NCBI RefSeq assembly: GCF_004010195.1
Contig: NW_025213945.1
Span: 1-37,627, forward strand
DNA length: 37,627 nucleotides
Source: Chiloscyllium plagiosum
Lineage: Eukaryota
Reading direction: 5' to 3'
Part shown: piece by piece, positions 23,200-35,490 of the stretch
How the letters are laid out: the number at the start of each line of letters is the position of its first letter
How positions within the stretch are numbered: the first letter of the stretch is position 1
The notes under the pieces: generated by a model
What the model was told of the DNA's origin: nothing
The model's database searches: none
Seen by the model: only the letters and a program-made list of their open reading frames with translations
Position numbers and translations under genes: made by a program

Positions 23200-23885
23200 T
23201 GAAGTATTTAAAACGGGCGAGGGAGGGAAAACTGAACAAAACTAAATATTGGACAACTTAGTGTTAATTGTTCGTAAAATATTTGAATCTTTTCTAAGGA
23301 ATATGAAAAACAGACACATGGCGCATCAGGATATGAGTTGGCAGAGTCAGGTTAACTTCACGAAAGGGAAATCATCTTTTAGAAACCTGATAAGTTTGTT
23401 GTGGGTGTGGTGCATTTCAATTTACAGAATAGTTCGACATGGTTGCTGACCGGTGAGTGAAAGTCAGTATTTAAGTGGGGTGAGGCACATAGATTGAGCA
23501 TTATTTAATGAAGAGAAGACAGAGAGCAGCACCGTAGTCTGGACAGAAGGCAGTTAATCATGAGATATCACATGAATCAGTGTTTGGGGCACAGCAATTT
23601 ACACAGGAGTTAAATGATTTGGATGTTAGCAACGAATAGTATAGATCTCATTTATTATTGATGAAATGGTGCGAGGATCGGAAGTGCTGTTCAAAAAGAC
23701 CTGCATGTCCTTCATCATGTGTCACCAAAAACAGCACATACACGTGTATAAATAATTAGTGCATATTTGGTGTGCTATCCTTCACTGCACAATGATTGAA
23801 CTTCATAAGTCAAGCGATCTTCAACCATTTGTATTTCCTTGATCAGAGTGTATTTGGGGCACTGCGTACAGATTTGATGTTTCAG
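23200..23885 (+). mobile_element. Very decayed CR1 RT fragment
   Basis: FTKGKSSFRNL, 'atcagtgtttggggcacagc' (SVLGP-like), 'cactgcgtacagattt' (HCVQF-like). Confidence 0.65.
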
Positions 23886-23894
23886 GTTTCTGTA

Positions 23895-24780
23895 AAGATT
23901 TGTAACTCGTGTGCTGCTTGCTATGGTTGTGTGCTTTATTTGCAAAAATTTCGTTTGCTATCTGGATGACATTTTCAGTGGTTTTGAGCCTTGCGTGAAG
24001 CGCTGCTATACCGTGTCTTCTGGAACTTATTTCCTTACGTTCCTGCTGCTTCTGGTTGCCAGATCCAGTTGTTAGTTTTAGATGCCAATATATTGCGTAC
24101 GGGTCGGTGTGTTTGTTGACGTACTCTTTGGAAAAGTGCCATGCCTCGAGGAATTCTTTGGCTGCCCTCTGTCAAGCTTGTCCAATGATCATTGCAGTAT
24201 TCCAGTAGAATTTGTGGTTTTGTCATCTGACTGTATGGCTACTTGGGACAGTTGGCCGTGGCGTTTCATCGCTCATTGGTGTTCGTGGGTGGAGATTGCT
24301 GCTTGTCTGCCTGTTTGGCGACTAGTCGGTGCAGTTTTTGCATGGAATCATTTCAATTAAGTTAGTCTTGCACGTGTTGGGTATAGTTTCTTTTGTTTGG
24401 GTGAATTGTTGATTGAGGGTGGCTGTCGGTTTGTTGGCTGCCATGAATTCCAGATTACGAATACTCAGCAGGTTTGATCTCGTTTGTAGGGAATGATCTC
24501 CTTGCCGCAGGCACAGACGTTGGTACCATGCGGAGAGAGTGAAGAAAGTGCGTGTTTATTCAGTAGACCTGTGATCCAAGAAGGGATGATTACGATGAAA
24601 CTTGAGCGGAGGCTGGGATCACTTGTTTCCCAAAGAGAAATTGAAAGGCTGAAAAACGCAATGTTTTGCTCAGGACTGATCGATGTGATTTATAGTGACG
24701 TGAACCTGAGTGCAGTGAAAACATTGCTTGTGAGCAGGATGGACAGATCATAGTGAGCGAGAAAATGCAGATCACAGGGT
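23895..24780 (-). mobile_element. PLE of a different (Poseidon/Penelope-type) family: thumb, GIY-YIG and 3' terminus
   Basis: Minus-strand remnants NKPTATL, TCKTNL..IPCKNC, AKEFLEAWH. The terminus has a decayed hammerhead-like 'cactgaaaatgtc...acgaaa'. Confidence 0.8.
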
Positions 24781-25844
24781 TAGTAAAACTTGAACAGAGT
24801 AAGGCACAAAGATTACACGCCACAGGACGTGCACTTGACAAGATCAGTACGAAGAATACCTACGTGATTTGAAGTTAATGAGTCAATTCATCAGTCTAAT
24901 ACGGATTTCCTTATAGTTTATGTGGATCTGTTAGCCCCATACGTATTGAGAGAGGCGTGCAGGCTCCAAATGAACTTTTGCCACATTAATGTGCACTTGG
25001 TGTGTGTGATCCTGCAATGGACGTAATGCTTTTTACAACCCCGATGCCAGCCACAATACATTCCTCTGAAACAGTTAACATTCCCACAGCTACTGATCTA
25101 CTTAGAAAACACCAGTCTATCATCTCAGAGATGGAAGGTGCCTCCTTGAAACCTCACACAAAACATTTTGCGCGAGCTAGGTCACTAAAAATATTTAAAG
25201 AGGATGTAGACGGATGTCGACTTGTCAGAGAGTTGACGGCAAGAAAGAATTGAACATTTTAAAAGGACTTGTGAACTAGAGCAGATCAGCCAAGAGTTTA
25301 TTAAAGGGCAAGGCAGGCTCGGCGGAACGAACGACCTGCTCCTGTTTCTGATGTTCTCATATTCTGTTATCGAAAAGTTAGGGGGAGTTGTTTTCCTGGA
25401 AGTTCTGTTGTTGAAAGTTGCAATCACAGAGAAAAGAGGATTTTGTGAGCCAGCTCTGAGTGAGGTGTCAGGGATGTCATCACAGTGCAACTCGGTCTAC
25501 AACATGCCCAACAAATGACTCAAAATTTTCAGAGAGGGGAGGCTTTGCGAAGAGAAATGGAAGGTCTCTTTCACAATAAACTGAGTTTTACCATTACTTT
25601 CTCCACAAAACTCCAAATCATGTGTGACAGTGTTGAAGGGCCAAATGGTCTAATCTCTTTTTGTGCCCCAGCCTATAGGAGTAAGTGCCCCCCAACAGCT
25701 CCTTTCTTGCAAGTGTAAGGGGCAGAATGGAATAGAGGAAGATAGCAGGAGTGGTTCATTATACACCTTGCGCCGTCTCCATCAGACGCTTGGAACATGG
25801 CAAATCAGGTTCTGGGTTCAGCCCCACTTTCCTGTCTGTATCCT

Positions 25845-26224
25845 NNNNNNNNNNNNNNNNNNNNNNNNNNNNNNNNNNNNNNNNNNNNNNNNNNNNNNNN
25901 NNNNNNNNNNNNNNNNNNNNNNNNNNNNNNNNNNNNNNNNNNNNNNNNNNNNNNNNNNNNNNNNNNNNNNNNNNNNNNNNNNNNNNNNNNNNNNNNNNNN
26001 NNNNNNNNNNNNNNNNNNNNNNNNNNNNNNNNNNNNNNNNNNNNNNNNNNNNNNNNNNNNNNNNNNNNNNNNNNNNNNNNNNNNNNNNNNNNNNNNNNNN
26101 NNNNNNNNNNNNNNNNNNNNNNNNNNNNNNNNNNNNNNNNNNNNNNNNNNNNNNNNNNNNNNNNNNNNNNNNNNNNNNNNNNNNNNNNNNNNNNNNNNNN
26201 NNNNNNNNNNNNNNNNNNNNNNNN
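25845..26224. other. Assembly gap (380 N)
   Basis: Run of N. Confidence 1.
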
Positions 26225-26289
26225 GCTGTAATGAATCTAAGCTAATAAATGGGAGGAGTGATGGCTCGGTAGAATGTTGCTGGGGGCCA

Positions 26290-26492
26290 TCTAACGGCTC
26301 GAAACCACCTTCATTTACATATCCTACTCCCAACTACACTCACCACCCACCCAGTTCCACATCCGTCCCATTTATCTCCCTGTGCCCGGCCCACAAGTCT
26401 CATTCCTGATGAAGGGCTTCTGCCCGAAACGTGATTCTACTCCTCCACGAATTCTGCCTGACCTGCTGTGATTTTCCTGCACCACAATCTTC
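26290..26492 (+). mobile_element. PLE 3' terminus with a near-intact hammerhead (26406-26438)
   Basis: ctgatga-a-gggc-ttct-gccc-gaaac-gt-gattc; the cleavage-site C present in other copies is deleted. Confidence 0.85.
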
Positions 26493-26499
26493 AAGCCGA

Positions 26500-27585
26500 A
26501 CAGATATTATAATTTAACCATGCGCCATCTTCCAAAATTTCTCCAACAATTCTCCTATTCATATTCCGATCCAGATACCTTTTATATGAGTAGTCGAGTC
26601 TGCTTTCATCACTTCCTCTGGCAGCACCTTCCGTACATCCACAATTCCGCATGTTACAGTTGTCCCGAATGTATCCTCTAAATCTTTTCCTTCTCACCTT
26701 CAACTCACGCCATATGTTCTTGGACTCCACTATCTTGGGTAACTCGTTATTCTCATGATTTTATAAACTATAATAATATTACCCCTCCCAAGTCTTCGAT
26801 AATCCATGGGGGTAAAGTTCTGCATATTTACGGTGCACTGTGGCTCAAAACCTCCAGTCCTGTATCGTCCTTGTCAATCTTGTCTACACCCTGTCACATA
26901 TAACAGCATATAAAGGCAACCCCCGAATTGCGTGCCGGATTCTTAAAGTGGCCTCACCAACGTCCTATACAAAAGCAACATGCCACCCCCAACTCCTATA
27001 CTCAATGCTCTAATCCAATAGAGCAAGCGTGTCAAACGCTTTCATCACTGCCCTGTCCAATTGCTACTGTACTTACAAGGAACTATGCGCCTTCAACCCT
27101 ATTCTCTTTATTTAGCAACACTCGCCAGGATCTTAACATTAAGAGTACGATCCCTGCCCTGATTTGACTTTCCAAAATGCAGAACATCACATTTATCCTT
27201 GTCCCGTTGGCACATTTGAATACCTACTCTACGGTAATCATCTTGACTATCCACTACATTACCATGTTGATGTCATCAGAAAACTTACGAAACATGCCTC
27301 CAATATTCATATCCAAACCCTTTATATAAATGATCAAATGCAGTGAAGTCAGTCCTGACTGTTGTTGCACACCACTCGTCGCAGACCTCTATTCTGAGAA
27401 ACAACCCTCTCCCTTCAAGTCAAATGTGAATCAAATTGGCTAAATTCTCACGGATCCCATGCGTCTTCCCCTTCTACCTACCCATCGGAAATTTATGAAC
27501 ACCTTGCTGAAGTCAATATTGAAATGTCTGCCACACTGCCTTCATCAATCTTCTTTGTCAACTCTTCAAAAAACGCAATCAAATT
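26500..27585 (-). mobile_element. Old decayed CR1 ORF2 and 3' end
   Basis: Diverged parallel of 27586-28937, e.g. 'tcatcaatcttctttgtc...tcaaaaaac'. Confidence 0.8.
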
Positions 27586-28937
27586 AGAGTCAAAGAGTCG
27601 TCGAGGGAAACAGCATGGAAACAGACACTTCTGTCAAACCCATCCATGCCGACCAGATATCCCAATCCAATCTAGTCCCATCTGCCAGCAACCCCCCCCC
27701 CATATCCCTCCAAACCGTTACTAATCATAGACCCATTCAAATGCCTCTTAAATGTTGCAATTTTATTAGCCTCCACCGCATCCACTGGCTGCTTGTTCCA
27801 TACAGGCACCACACTCTGCGTGAAAACGTTGAACTTTAGGTCGACTTTAATATCTTTCCCCTCTCACCCTAAACCTAGGCCCTCTAGTTCTGGACTCCAC
27901 GACCCCAGGGAAAAGACTTTGTCTATTTATCCTATCTATGCCCCCCATAATTTTGAAAACCTCTATAAGGTCACCCCTCAGCCTCCGACGCTTGAAGGAA
28001 AACAGCCCCAGCCTGTTCAGCCTCTCCCTGTAGCTCAGATCCCCCAACCCTAGTAACATCCTTGTAAATCTTTTCTGAACCCTTTCAAGTTTCACAACAT
28101 CTTTCCGATAGGAAGGAGACTAGAATTGCAAGCAATATTCCAACAGTGGCCTAACCAATGTCCCGTACAGCCGCAACGTTACCTCGCAACTGATGTACTC
28201 AATACACTGACCAATAAAGGAAAGCATACCAAACGCCTTTTTCACTATCCCATCTACCTGCGACTCCACTTTCAAGGAGCTTTGAACCTGCATTCGACGG
28301 TCTCTTTTTTCAGAAACACTCCCTAGGACCTTACATTAAGTGTATAAGTCCTCCTAAGATTTGCTTTCCCAAAATGCAGCACCTCGCATTTATCTGAATT
28401 AAACTCCATCTGCCACTTCTCAGCCTATTGGCCCATTTGGTCCAGATCCTGTTGTAATCTGAGGTAACCCTCTTCGCTGTCCACCACACCTCCAATTTTG
28501 GAGTCATCTGCAAACTTACTAACTCTACCTCTTATGCTCGCATCCAAATCATTTATATAAATGACAAAAAGCGAAAGGCCCAGCACCGATCCTTGTGGCA
28601 CTCCACTGGTCACAGGTCTGCCGTCTGAAAAACAACTCTCCACCACGACCCTCTGTCTTCTACCTTTGAGCCAGTTCTGTATCCAAATGACTAGCTCTTC
28701 CTGTATTCCATGATATCTAAGCTTGCTAATCAGTCTCCCATGGGGAACCTTGTCGTCCATGATATCTAAGCTTGCTAATCAGTCTCCCATGGGGAACCTT
28801 GTCGAACGCCTTACTTCTACTGCTCTGCCCTCATCAATCTTCTTTGTCGCTTCATCAAAAAACTCAATCAAGTTTGTGATACATGATTTCCCACGCACAA
28901 AGCCATGTTCACTATCCCGAATCAGTCCCTGCCTTTC
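27586..28937 (-). mobile_element. CR1 RT to 3' end, younger copy
   Basis: [65 protein letters not shown]. Confidence 0.97.
28707..28804. repeat. Perfect 49-bp tandem duplication inside CR1
   Basis: tccatgatatctaagcttgctaatcagtctcccatggggaaccttgtcg at 28707-28755 and 28756-28804. Confidence 0.97.
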
Positions 28938-29452
28938 CAATTCTGTTCTCCTTCCTATCGGAAGGGTGTTGTGAAACTTGAAAGGGTTCAGAAAAGATTT
29001 ACGATTTGTTGCCAGATTTGGAAGATTTGAGGGAAAGGGAGAGGTTGAATAGTCTGCGGCTGTTTTCCCTGGAATGCTCAACGTTGAGGGGTAACCTTAG
29101 AGTTTTATAAAATTGAGTGGTGCATGGATAGGATAAACAATCAAGACTTTTTCCCTGGGTTTGAACAGTCCAGGACTCGAGGTAATAGGTGAGAGGGGAA
29201 AGATGTTAAAGTGGACGTAAAGTTCAACGTTTTCACGCAGAGTGTGATGTCTGTATGGAACAAGCAGCCAGAGGAAGTCTTGGAGGATGGTTCATTTAAA
29301 AGGCATATGGATGGGTATATAAACAGGAAGTGTTGGGAGGGCTGTGGGCCAGGTGCTGGCAAATGGGACTACATTACATTCAGATATCTGGTCAGCATGG
29401 GCGAGTTGCAAAGAAGAGTCTGTTACCGTGCTGTAAATCTCTGTGACTCCTA
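28938..29452 (+). mobile_element. CR1 3' end, head-to-head with the previous copy
   Basis: 'ccttcctatcggaagggtgttgtgaaacttgaaagggttcagaaaagatttac' is near-complementary to ~28064-28116. Ends 'ctctgtgactcct'. Confidence 0.9.
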
Positions 29453-29499
29453 TAACTTTTTTGAAAGTTGTATTCTCAGGATAGCTTTTAACAATGCGC

Positions 29500-30230
29500 A
29501 TCATGTCAGCTAAGAATAATTTGTTGAAGATGTGATGTTAAAGACTGTCTTTGTTCCAATATAAGTTCAGACTGTTTCGATTTCTGAAGTGGGAGTTACA
29601 AAACCTTGTAGGCATTTATATAGTTTTTCAGTAAAATCATGCGTAATTCTGCAAATACAAATTCACCTCACAAACCTAAATGTGTATTCATGCAGGGGAG
29701 ACTGAATGTGTGTGCGCGTGAGTGTCTGTGAGAGGGTGTGTGTCTTTGTGTGTATAATGGTGTATACGTCTGTGAGAGGAAGCGTGCATGGTGTGATTGT
29801 AGGGTGTGTATGTGTGAGCATATGAGAGAGAGTGCGTGTTTATGAGAGAGGGCCTGTGTGAGTGTGAGTATGTGTAGTGCAGTGGGGTCATCTGTCATGT
29901 GACATGAACCCATGATCCCGGTTGAGGCTATCCCCATCCGGACTGAACTTGACTATCAGACTCTGCTCAGCCACTCTGTGTTTTTGTTTGTCCCAAAGTC
30001 CATCTTGGACAATGGTCCCCCGGAATGTTAGAGGCCCAATGTGCCTTACTGCCAAAATGCTCATGACTGCGGTGGTGGTCCATTCATCCATTTCAGAAGC
30101 CTTTTCTCAATGTACCATACCTCAGGATATCATTGCCTACAGCGTGTGTGATAGACCACGTTGGCCGAGTTATATGAGCACATCCCACATAAGTACTCAG
30201 ACAATACGTCAATGAACGAATGGATATCAC
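29500..30230 (-). mobile_element. PLE GIY-YIG and CA-rich 3' region (family related to 6735-8410)
   Basis: Minus strand SANVVY..RCRQ..WYI and HRVAEQSLIVKF...LNRDHGFMSH; TG-rich tract at 29680-29880. Confidence 0.85.
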
Positions 30231-30640
30231 ATTCTGTACTCATCATTCCTCGGAACATTCTGTAACTGACAATCCAGTAATATTCTGTACCCAATATTCT
30301 ACAACAGCCATTCCCTGGAAGATTCTACAACCAACATTCAAAACCTGACAATCTCCGGAACATTCTATACCCAATACATACCCGACATTTCCTGGAACAT
30401 TTTCTAACTGTCATTCTCCAGAATATTCTATGCTGTACATTTGCTGGATCATTCTGAAAACAACATTCCCCCAAAAAATTATACACCCGAAATTCCCGGG
30501 AAAATTCTGCAATCGACGTTCCCAAGAACATTCTATAACTGATATTCACTGGAACATTCTATAACTGACATTCTTCGGAACATTCTATAACTAACATTTT
30601 CCGGAACCTTCTATCCCTGACATTATTTGTGAACATCCGA
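30228..30640 (+). repeat. Degenerate ~26-bp minisatellite (~ggaacattctataactgacattcccc)
   Basis: About 15 recurrences of a 'ggaacattct' variant at roughly 25-27-bp spacing. Confidence 0.9.
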
Positions 30641-31120
30641 ATGTCAATGAACTGAACAAAAGATAAGATCCCCAGGGAAGTCATCTAGTTCTTGGAAGAA
30701 GGAGACATTGTTCCAAAGTCCCCTCAGGTTGTTAACGTTTTCCCTTCGTTTACATTTCATCACGACAGAGGATCGACCGCAAGTTAACCTAAAAGACAGA
30801 AATTTCCAGCGTCCGTTTGTCTTCAAGGAACCGGGAGAGAATCGTTCAGGACAACAACAATTTCAAACCGTATTAGAAATCGTGTTTGCTCCCTAATGAT
30901 CGAGTCTGTGGGAATGTTCTAGAAAGCATCTGTTCTTATGGATGCGTCTTGGTGTGTTTGTGGAGGGAGGGGTTTCTTATGTTTCATGACACATTTTTGT
31001 CAGTAATTCACATCTTCCCATTTGTTATTTTAATAAATCGCCAATTATTTTAATAAATCTCAGAATACAGTGACATATTTGAACGTTTCACGGGCCCCTC
31101 AATCAAACTCGTCATATTTG

Positions 31121-31215
31121 TTCTCCTGCTCCTGGGATGCTGGCTGAACTGCTGCGCTTTTCCAGCAACACATTTTCGGCTCTGATCTCCAGCATCTGCA
31201 GTCCTCACTTTCTCC
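31121..31215 (+). mobile_element. Solo PLE terminal module starting just downstream of the hammerhead position
   Basis: ttctcctgctcctgggatgctg...ccagcaacacattttc...ctccagcatctgcagtcctcactttctcc, closely matching 37386-37480. Confidence 0.9.
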
Positions 31216-31829
31216 TTATAGATATGTGCTTCGAGATTTCTGTGTGCAGCAAGTGGGCTTCATGCTGCAGCTCCTCAGTTGCTACACAAGCACCACAATT
31301 TATGCCATGACTCAGACAAAAATCAGATAGCAGCTGAAAATTGTGCGGGAATATCCTTTTTCACAAAATAATCCAACAAATTCACTCATTAATTAATCCG
31401 ACCTGGATTTACTCATTTCAGTTCAATGTTTCAGTAATGCAGTCGACTGTCGCTGTGGTAGCAGTCCGAGGGTAGTGCTGGTTTGTCCAACCTGTCAAGA
31501 TGTGTGACAAGTACACATTTCAAAATTTCTCTCAACTCAGAGGCCAGTGAGCAAAGGAAACATTCCATTGACAGTATCGATCAATTCAATTTGTAAGCAA
31601 TAAACATATTCATTAAAAAGTGCCAGGTAGAAGAGTGAACAATATTGTTGTTTGTATCTGTGTTGAGAAAACTGAACTGGAGTGAGACATACTCAGTCCC
31701 TAGTCCTGTTTCACAGGCAATGGGAGGAAACTGAGCCCAGACCCCAGGAACTGGGTTTAAGTTACTGTCCTTCGTTTCACCTCAGGGTCCCTCACTGTAA
31801 CCTGGCCTATGGCAAAATTCCTCTCTCTA

Positions 31830-32500
31830 TTGCGTTCCCCCAAGCCCTGTCGACCGCTTCCATTTCTCTCTCTATTTCCATCCCTCACTCTCCCCTTCCC
31901 ATCTCAACCCTATCTTGCACAAACTCCCCATTACCTCTCGCCATCAAATCTCCTCATAGTTCACACTCTCTCTACACACTCGATCTTTCTCTCCCCTCTC
32001 GCTTTCACTCTGTCTATCGACGTCTCTCGCTCTCTTTTACACTCCGTTATTCAAAACGCCGTCCGCTGTTCCCTCAATCCCTTACCATTTCTCTCACTCT
32101 CCTGCTTATCGGTCTCGCTCCTGCATTTCTTTCTACACCCAATTTTTCCTCCTCCCAACCTGACATCTCTCTATCCCTTCTCCAGCCCTTCCATCACCAT
32201 TCTCTCCACGCACATCCATTATCTGCGTCAGAGGAAGAGGAGAGGACGAGCGAGAGAGCGTGGGTCAGATTAAGAGGGAGGAAGGGAGACAAAAATCAGT
32301 CAGAGGGAAAGGGCTGAAGGATGGGGAGAGAGAGACCGACAGAGGGCGAGAAGGAAGGGAGAGGAAGACGGAGGGAGAGGCACAGAGGAGGGAGGTGGAT
32401 AGAGAGAGAGAGGAAGAGAGGGAGAGCGTCAGACAGATGGAAAGGCAAAAAGAGAGGGAGTCGAGGAGACAGCGGAAAGGGTAGATGAAGAGGGTGGTGA
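31830..32500. repeat. Low-complexity pyrimidine-rich tract (31830-32225) directly followed by a purine-rich tract (32230-32500)
   Basis: Abrupt compositional switch from C/T to G/A at ~32228. Confidence 0.85.
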
Positions 32501-32559
32501 GTTGGTGAAAATACCTTTGAAGGATGACAAACATTCAAAAAGAACTTGAAGGAACTGCT

Positions 32560-33975
32560 AATGTTTTACAGTCCTGTCTGGCAAAAAATAAAATGGGAAA
32601 GCAGGCCCTGCCATGGCTAACAGGGTACTGGATCCCAGGAATAGGTGTGCAAATTGGCTGTAAGAGCAGCAGACATGAAGACTGGGAGCAATTCAGATTT
32701 CAGCAAAAGAGGACTGTGGAATTATTTAAGTGAGAAAAACAAACTCTAAGGGAAGGCTTGAGGGGAAAATACAAAATAATTGTTAAAGTTCGGAAAGGTA
32801 TACGAAGAGAAAAAAATAACGGAAAAATCGCTTACAATAAAACAGGGAAGTTATAATGTGGAATAATGATATGACACACCAATTAACTATATATTTTAAT
32901 TGTATCATCCCAAACGATGACAAAAATAATATCTCTAAAATGCCTCGAGATAATAAGGGTAATGAATTGAAGGATATCAGTATTAGCAGAGAAATTAATG
33001 GGGATAAAAGCCAACAAATCTCAGCACCTGATAATCTATACCCCAGAGTACTTAAACTTACTCGAGATAAAGTGGATGCATTCTGAACCTACAGTCCTGA
33101 ATCCAAATCGAGTAAATTTAAGATCCTATCAACTCTGGAACACTTTCTATGGCTTAGCGAATGGTAGCTACTGTGAACTCATTATTTTAAAAAGGTGGTA
33201 GAGAGAAAACATAGAGTAATAAACCAGGTAGTCCAACATTGCAAAACAGTGACACATTGGACGCAGTCAGCAAAGATATACGAAAGCTGAGAATCTGAGA
33301 AACCAGAGCTGGTGCCTTTGTAGACAAGTCTCTGAAAGTCAGCATGCAAATACAGCAGGAGGTGAGGACGGCAAATGGTATGTTGACCGTTGTAGCGAGA
33401 GGATTTGAGTACAGGAGGAGGGATCTCTTTCTTAAATTTTGCAGTGTCATGGTGTCATCCCATCCGGGATTGTTGAGTGCAGTTTTGGAATATTTAACTG
33501 AAGAAGGCAACATAACAATTAGATTATTTCCTGGGATGGCAGGACTGACAGGATGGATTGGTTAAGATGAAAATTATTGGAGTTTATTAGATTGAAGTAG
33601 AATGTCATAAAGAAAACTTACTGAATTGTAGAACGTCGAACAAGATGCTCTGAATGGTCATGGAATTCAGAACTGGGGAGTGGGGTTGTCACAGTTTAAA
33701 CACATGTGCATGTGTAATATGGGACTGAGCTGACGTTGATTTTTTTTCAATCAGAGATTGGGCCCTGCAGAAGTTAACACCAGGGAAAGCAGTCAAGTCA
33801 AAAATATGGAATGTTTCCATGAAGAAGATAGATATAGTGTCGACGGTTAAAGGGAACAAACGGTACGGCTCGAAAGTGGCAGCGGGGAGGAGTGCAGGAT
33901 CAGCCATGATCATACTGATTAGTAGAGCAGGATCGATCATCAGAACAACCTACTGTTTATCCTATTTTCTGTGTT
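32560..33975 (+). mobile_element. Very decayed CR1 ORF2 pieces and 3' end
   Basis: APDNLYPRVLK and QIQQEVRTANGMLTVVARGFEYR; 3' UTR 'gatcagccatgatcatac'. Confidence 0.75.
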
Positions 33976-34942
33976 TCTACTCTGATAGAAGTTGGGATAT
34001 AAAAACAGAATGATTGGAACTGACACAGGTATCAGCATTACTTTATCAATACTGGATGAAAATTGTCTAATTCCTTACCGAGCAGCAATCTCAGAGCAGT
34101 TTCGCCACACAGACTGCAGCATTTCGAGGACAGGAAGAGTGTTTCTGGAAGCTTCTGGACTCGCTACACTTTTCCTCCCATTCCACATTCATCTCAAGTT
34201 GTTACTTGATCTGCGAAAAGCAACATTGCCTAGAGGAAATAAGAAAATATCATCGGGAATTTGATGACACTGGAGGAGAGCTTGGGAACGGATGCTGGAA
34301 TGGGGAATGGTGTGCAAGGGAGAATGAGAGAAACAATGGTGCGAGTTTTCTTGGTGGGGTGATGCGTAATGAATGACCCCACCAAACCCCACCCCTCATC
34401 TTGCTCAGTTCTCTCCTTCCACTCCCATCTCCATTCTCTTAACCTCTTTCATAGTGACCTCCAGCTCAGAGACAGAGATATCCACGGGGGACACTTTCCC
34501 ATCAATCTCAGTCACTAATACACACACACAAAATGGCTTCCTAACAGCACATACACCTGAGAAAAATTAGCAATGATTTAACTCAGTAGCCTGTGTTTTC
34601 AGCCCCATTAACATCAAAGGCATTTCAACAAAAGTGAATCGACAAATTAAAAAAAAAACAGAAAAAACTGAAACAGGAATCGTGGCCGCTGCTCTCTGCG
34701 GCTTAAACTGCGGCCCCAGAAACCTCATGTTTGGGGTTGCATCCCAGCACTGACTAACCATGAAACCTCAAACCAGAATATAGCTCCTTGCGCCGCCCTC
34801 TCTCTTAACCCTCACTCACTGCCTGGGGATGGGAGACAACAACATTTCATTCCAACTTCACTTGCGACGCGCATATTCACAATTCACATTAACTGTGCAC
34901 ATGCTCCAGCACCATCCCCGCCTGACTGATGATTTCGGGAGG

Positions 34943-35150
34943 CAGTGAGGATTGCAGAGGCTGAAGATCAGAGTCGAGAGTCAGAGTCGAGATGCTGAAA
35001 AAGCACAGCAGGTCAGGCAGCATTCGAGGAGCAGGAGAATGTCTGTTTCGTGCATTAGCCCTTCATCAGCAATGTGATGACTGTAACGTCGACTCTTCTG
35101 CTCCTCACATGCTGACTGATCGGCTGTTCTTTTCTGGCAGCACATTTGTG
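34943..35150. mobile_element. Two head-to-head PLE terminal modules (decayed fold-back)
   Basis: Minus copy 34943-35073 with ctgatgaagggctaatgcacgaaac; plus copy from 'aacgtcgactcttctgctcctc' at 35085. Confidence 0.85.
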
Positions 35151-35490
35151 TTGATGCTGTTGCATGGCCAACAGCAATCGTGGGACGGGACTGGAAGACG
35201 GAGCTGGACCTCAAGATCCAGCACCACCCTCAATGGGTGTGAGTAAAGGGGGCGTCTAGTGGGATGCTGCGCTGAAGGCAGAACATCGATTTTGCGTTTA
35301 TCGACACGTGTTCTCAGATATAGACTCCAAATACAGGGAGCAGCGAGAAATGCATCCCTGCACAGCGGCACCTTTGTGACAATATACCCAGGACAGAAAT
35401 CTTATTTACATAAGGTAAACGATAAAGAATTCAGTGAAAAAATAAACACTGCAGTTTTTTCTGTATAAAATTGAAAAAAAAAGATATATC

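Noticed and set aside
25663..26409. Long ORFs of 144-248 aa
   Set aside because: Artefacts of translating through the N gap.
31682..32538. 211-aa and overlapping ORFs rich in S/L/P or R/E/G
   Set aside because: They result from stop-poor pyrimidine and purine low-complexity sequence.
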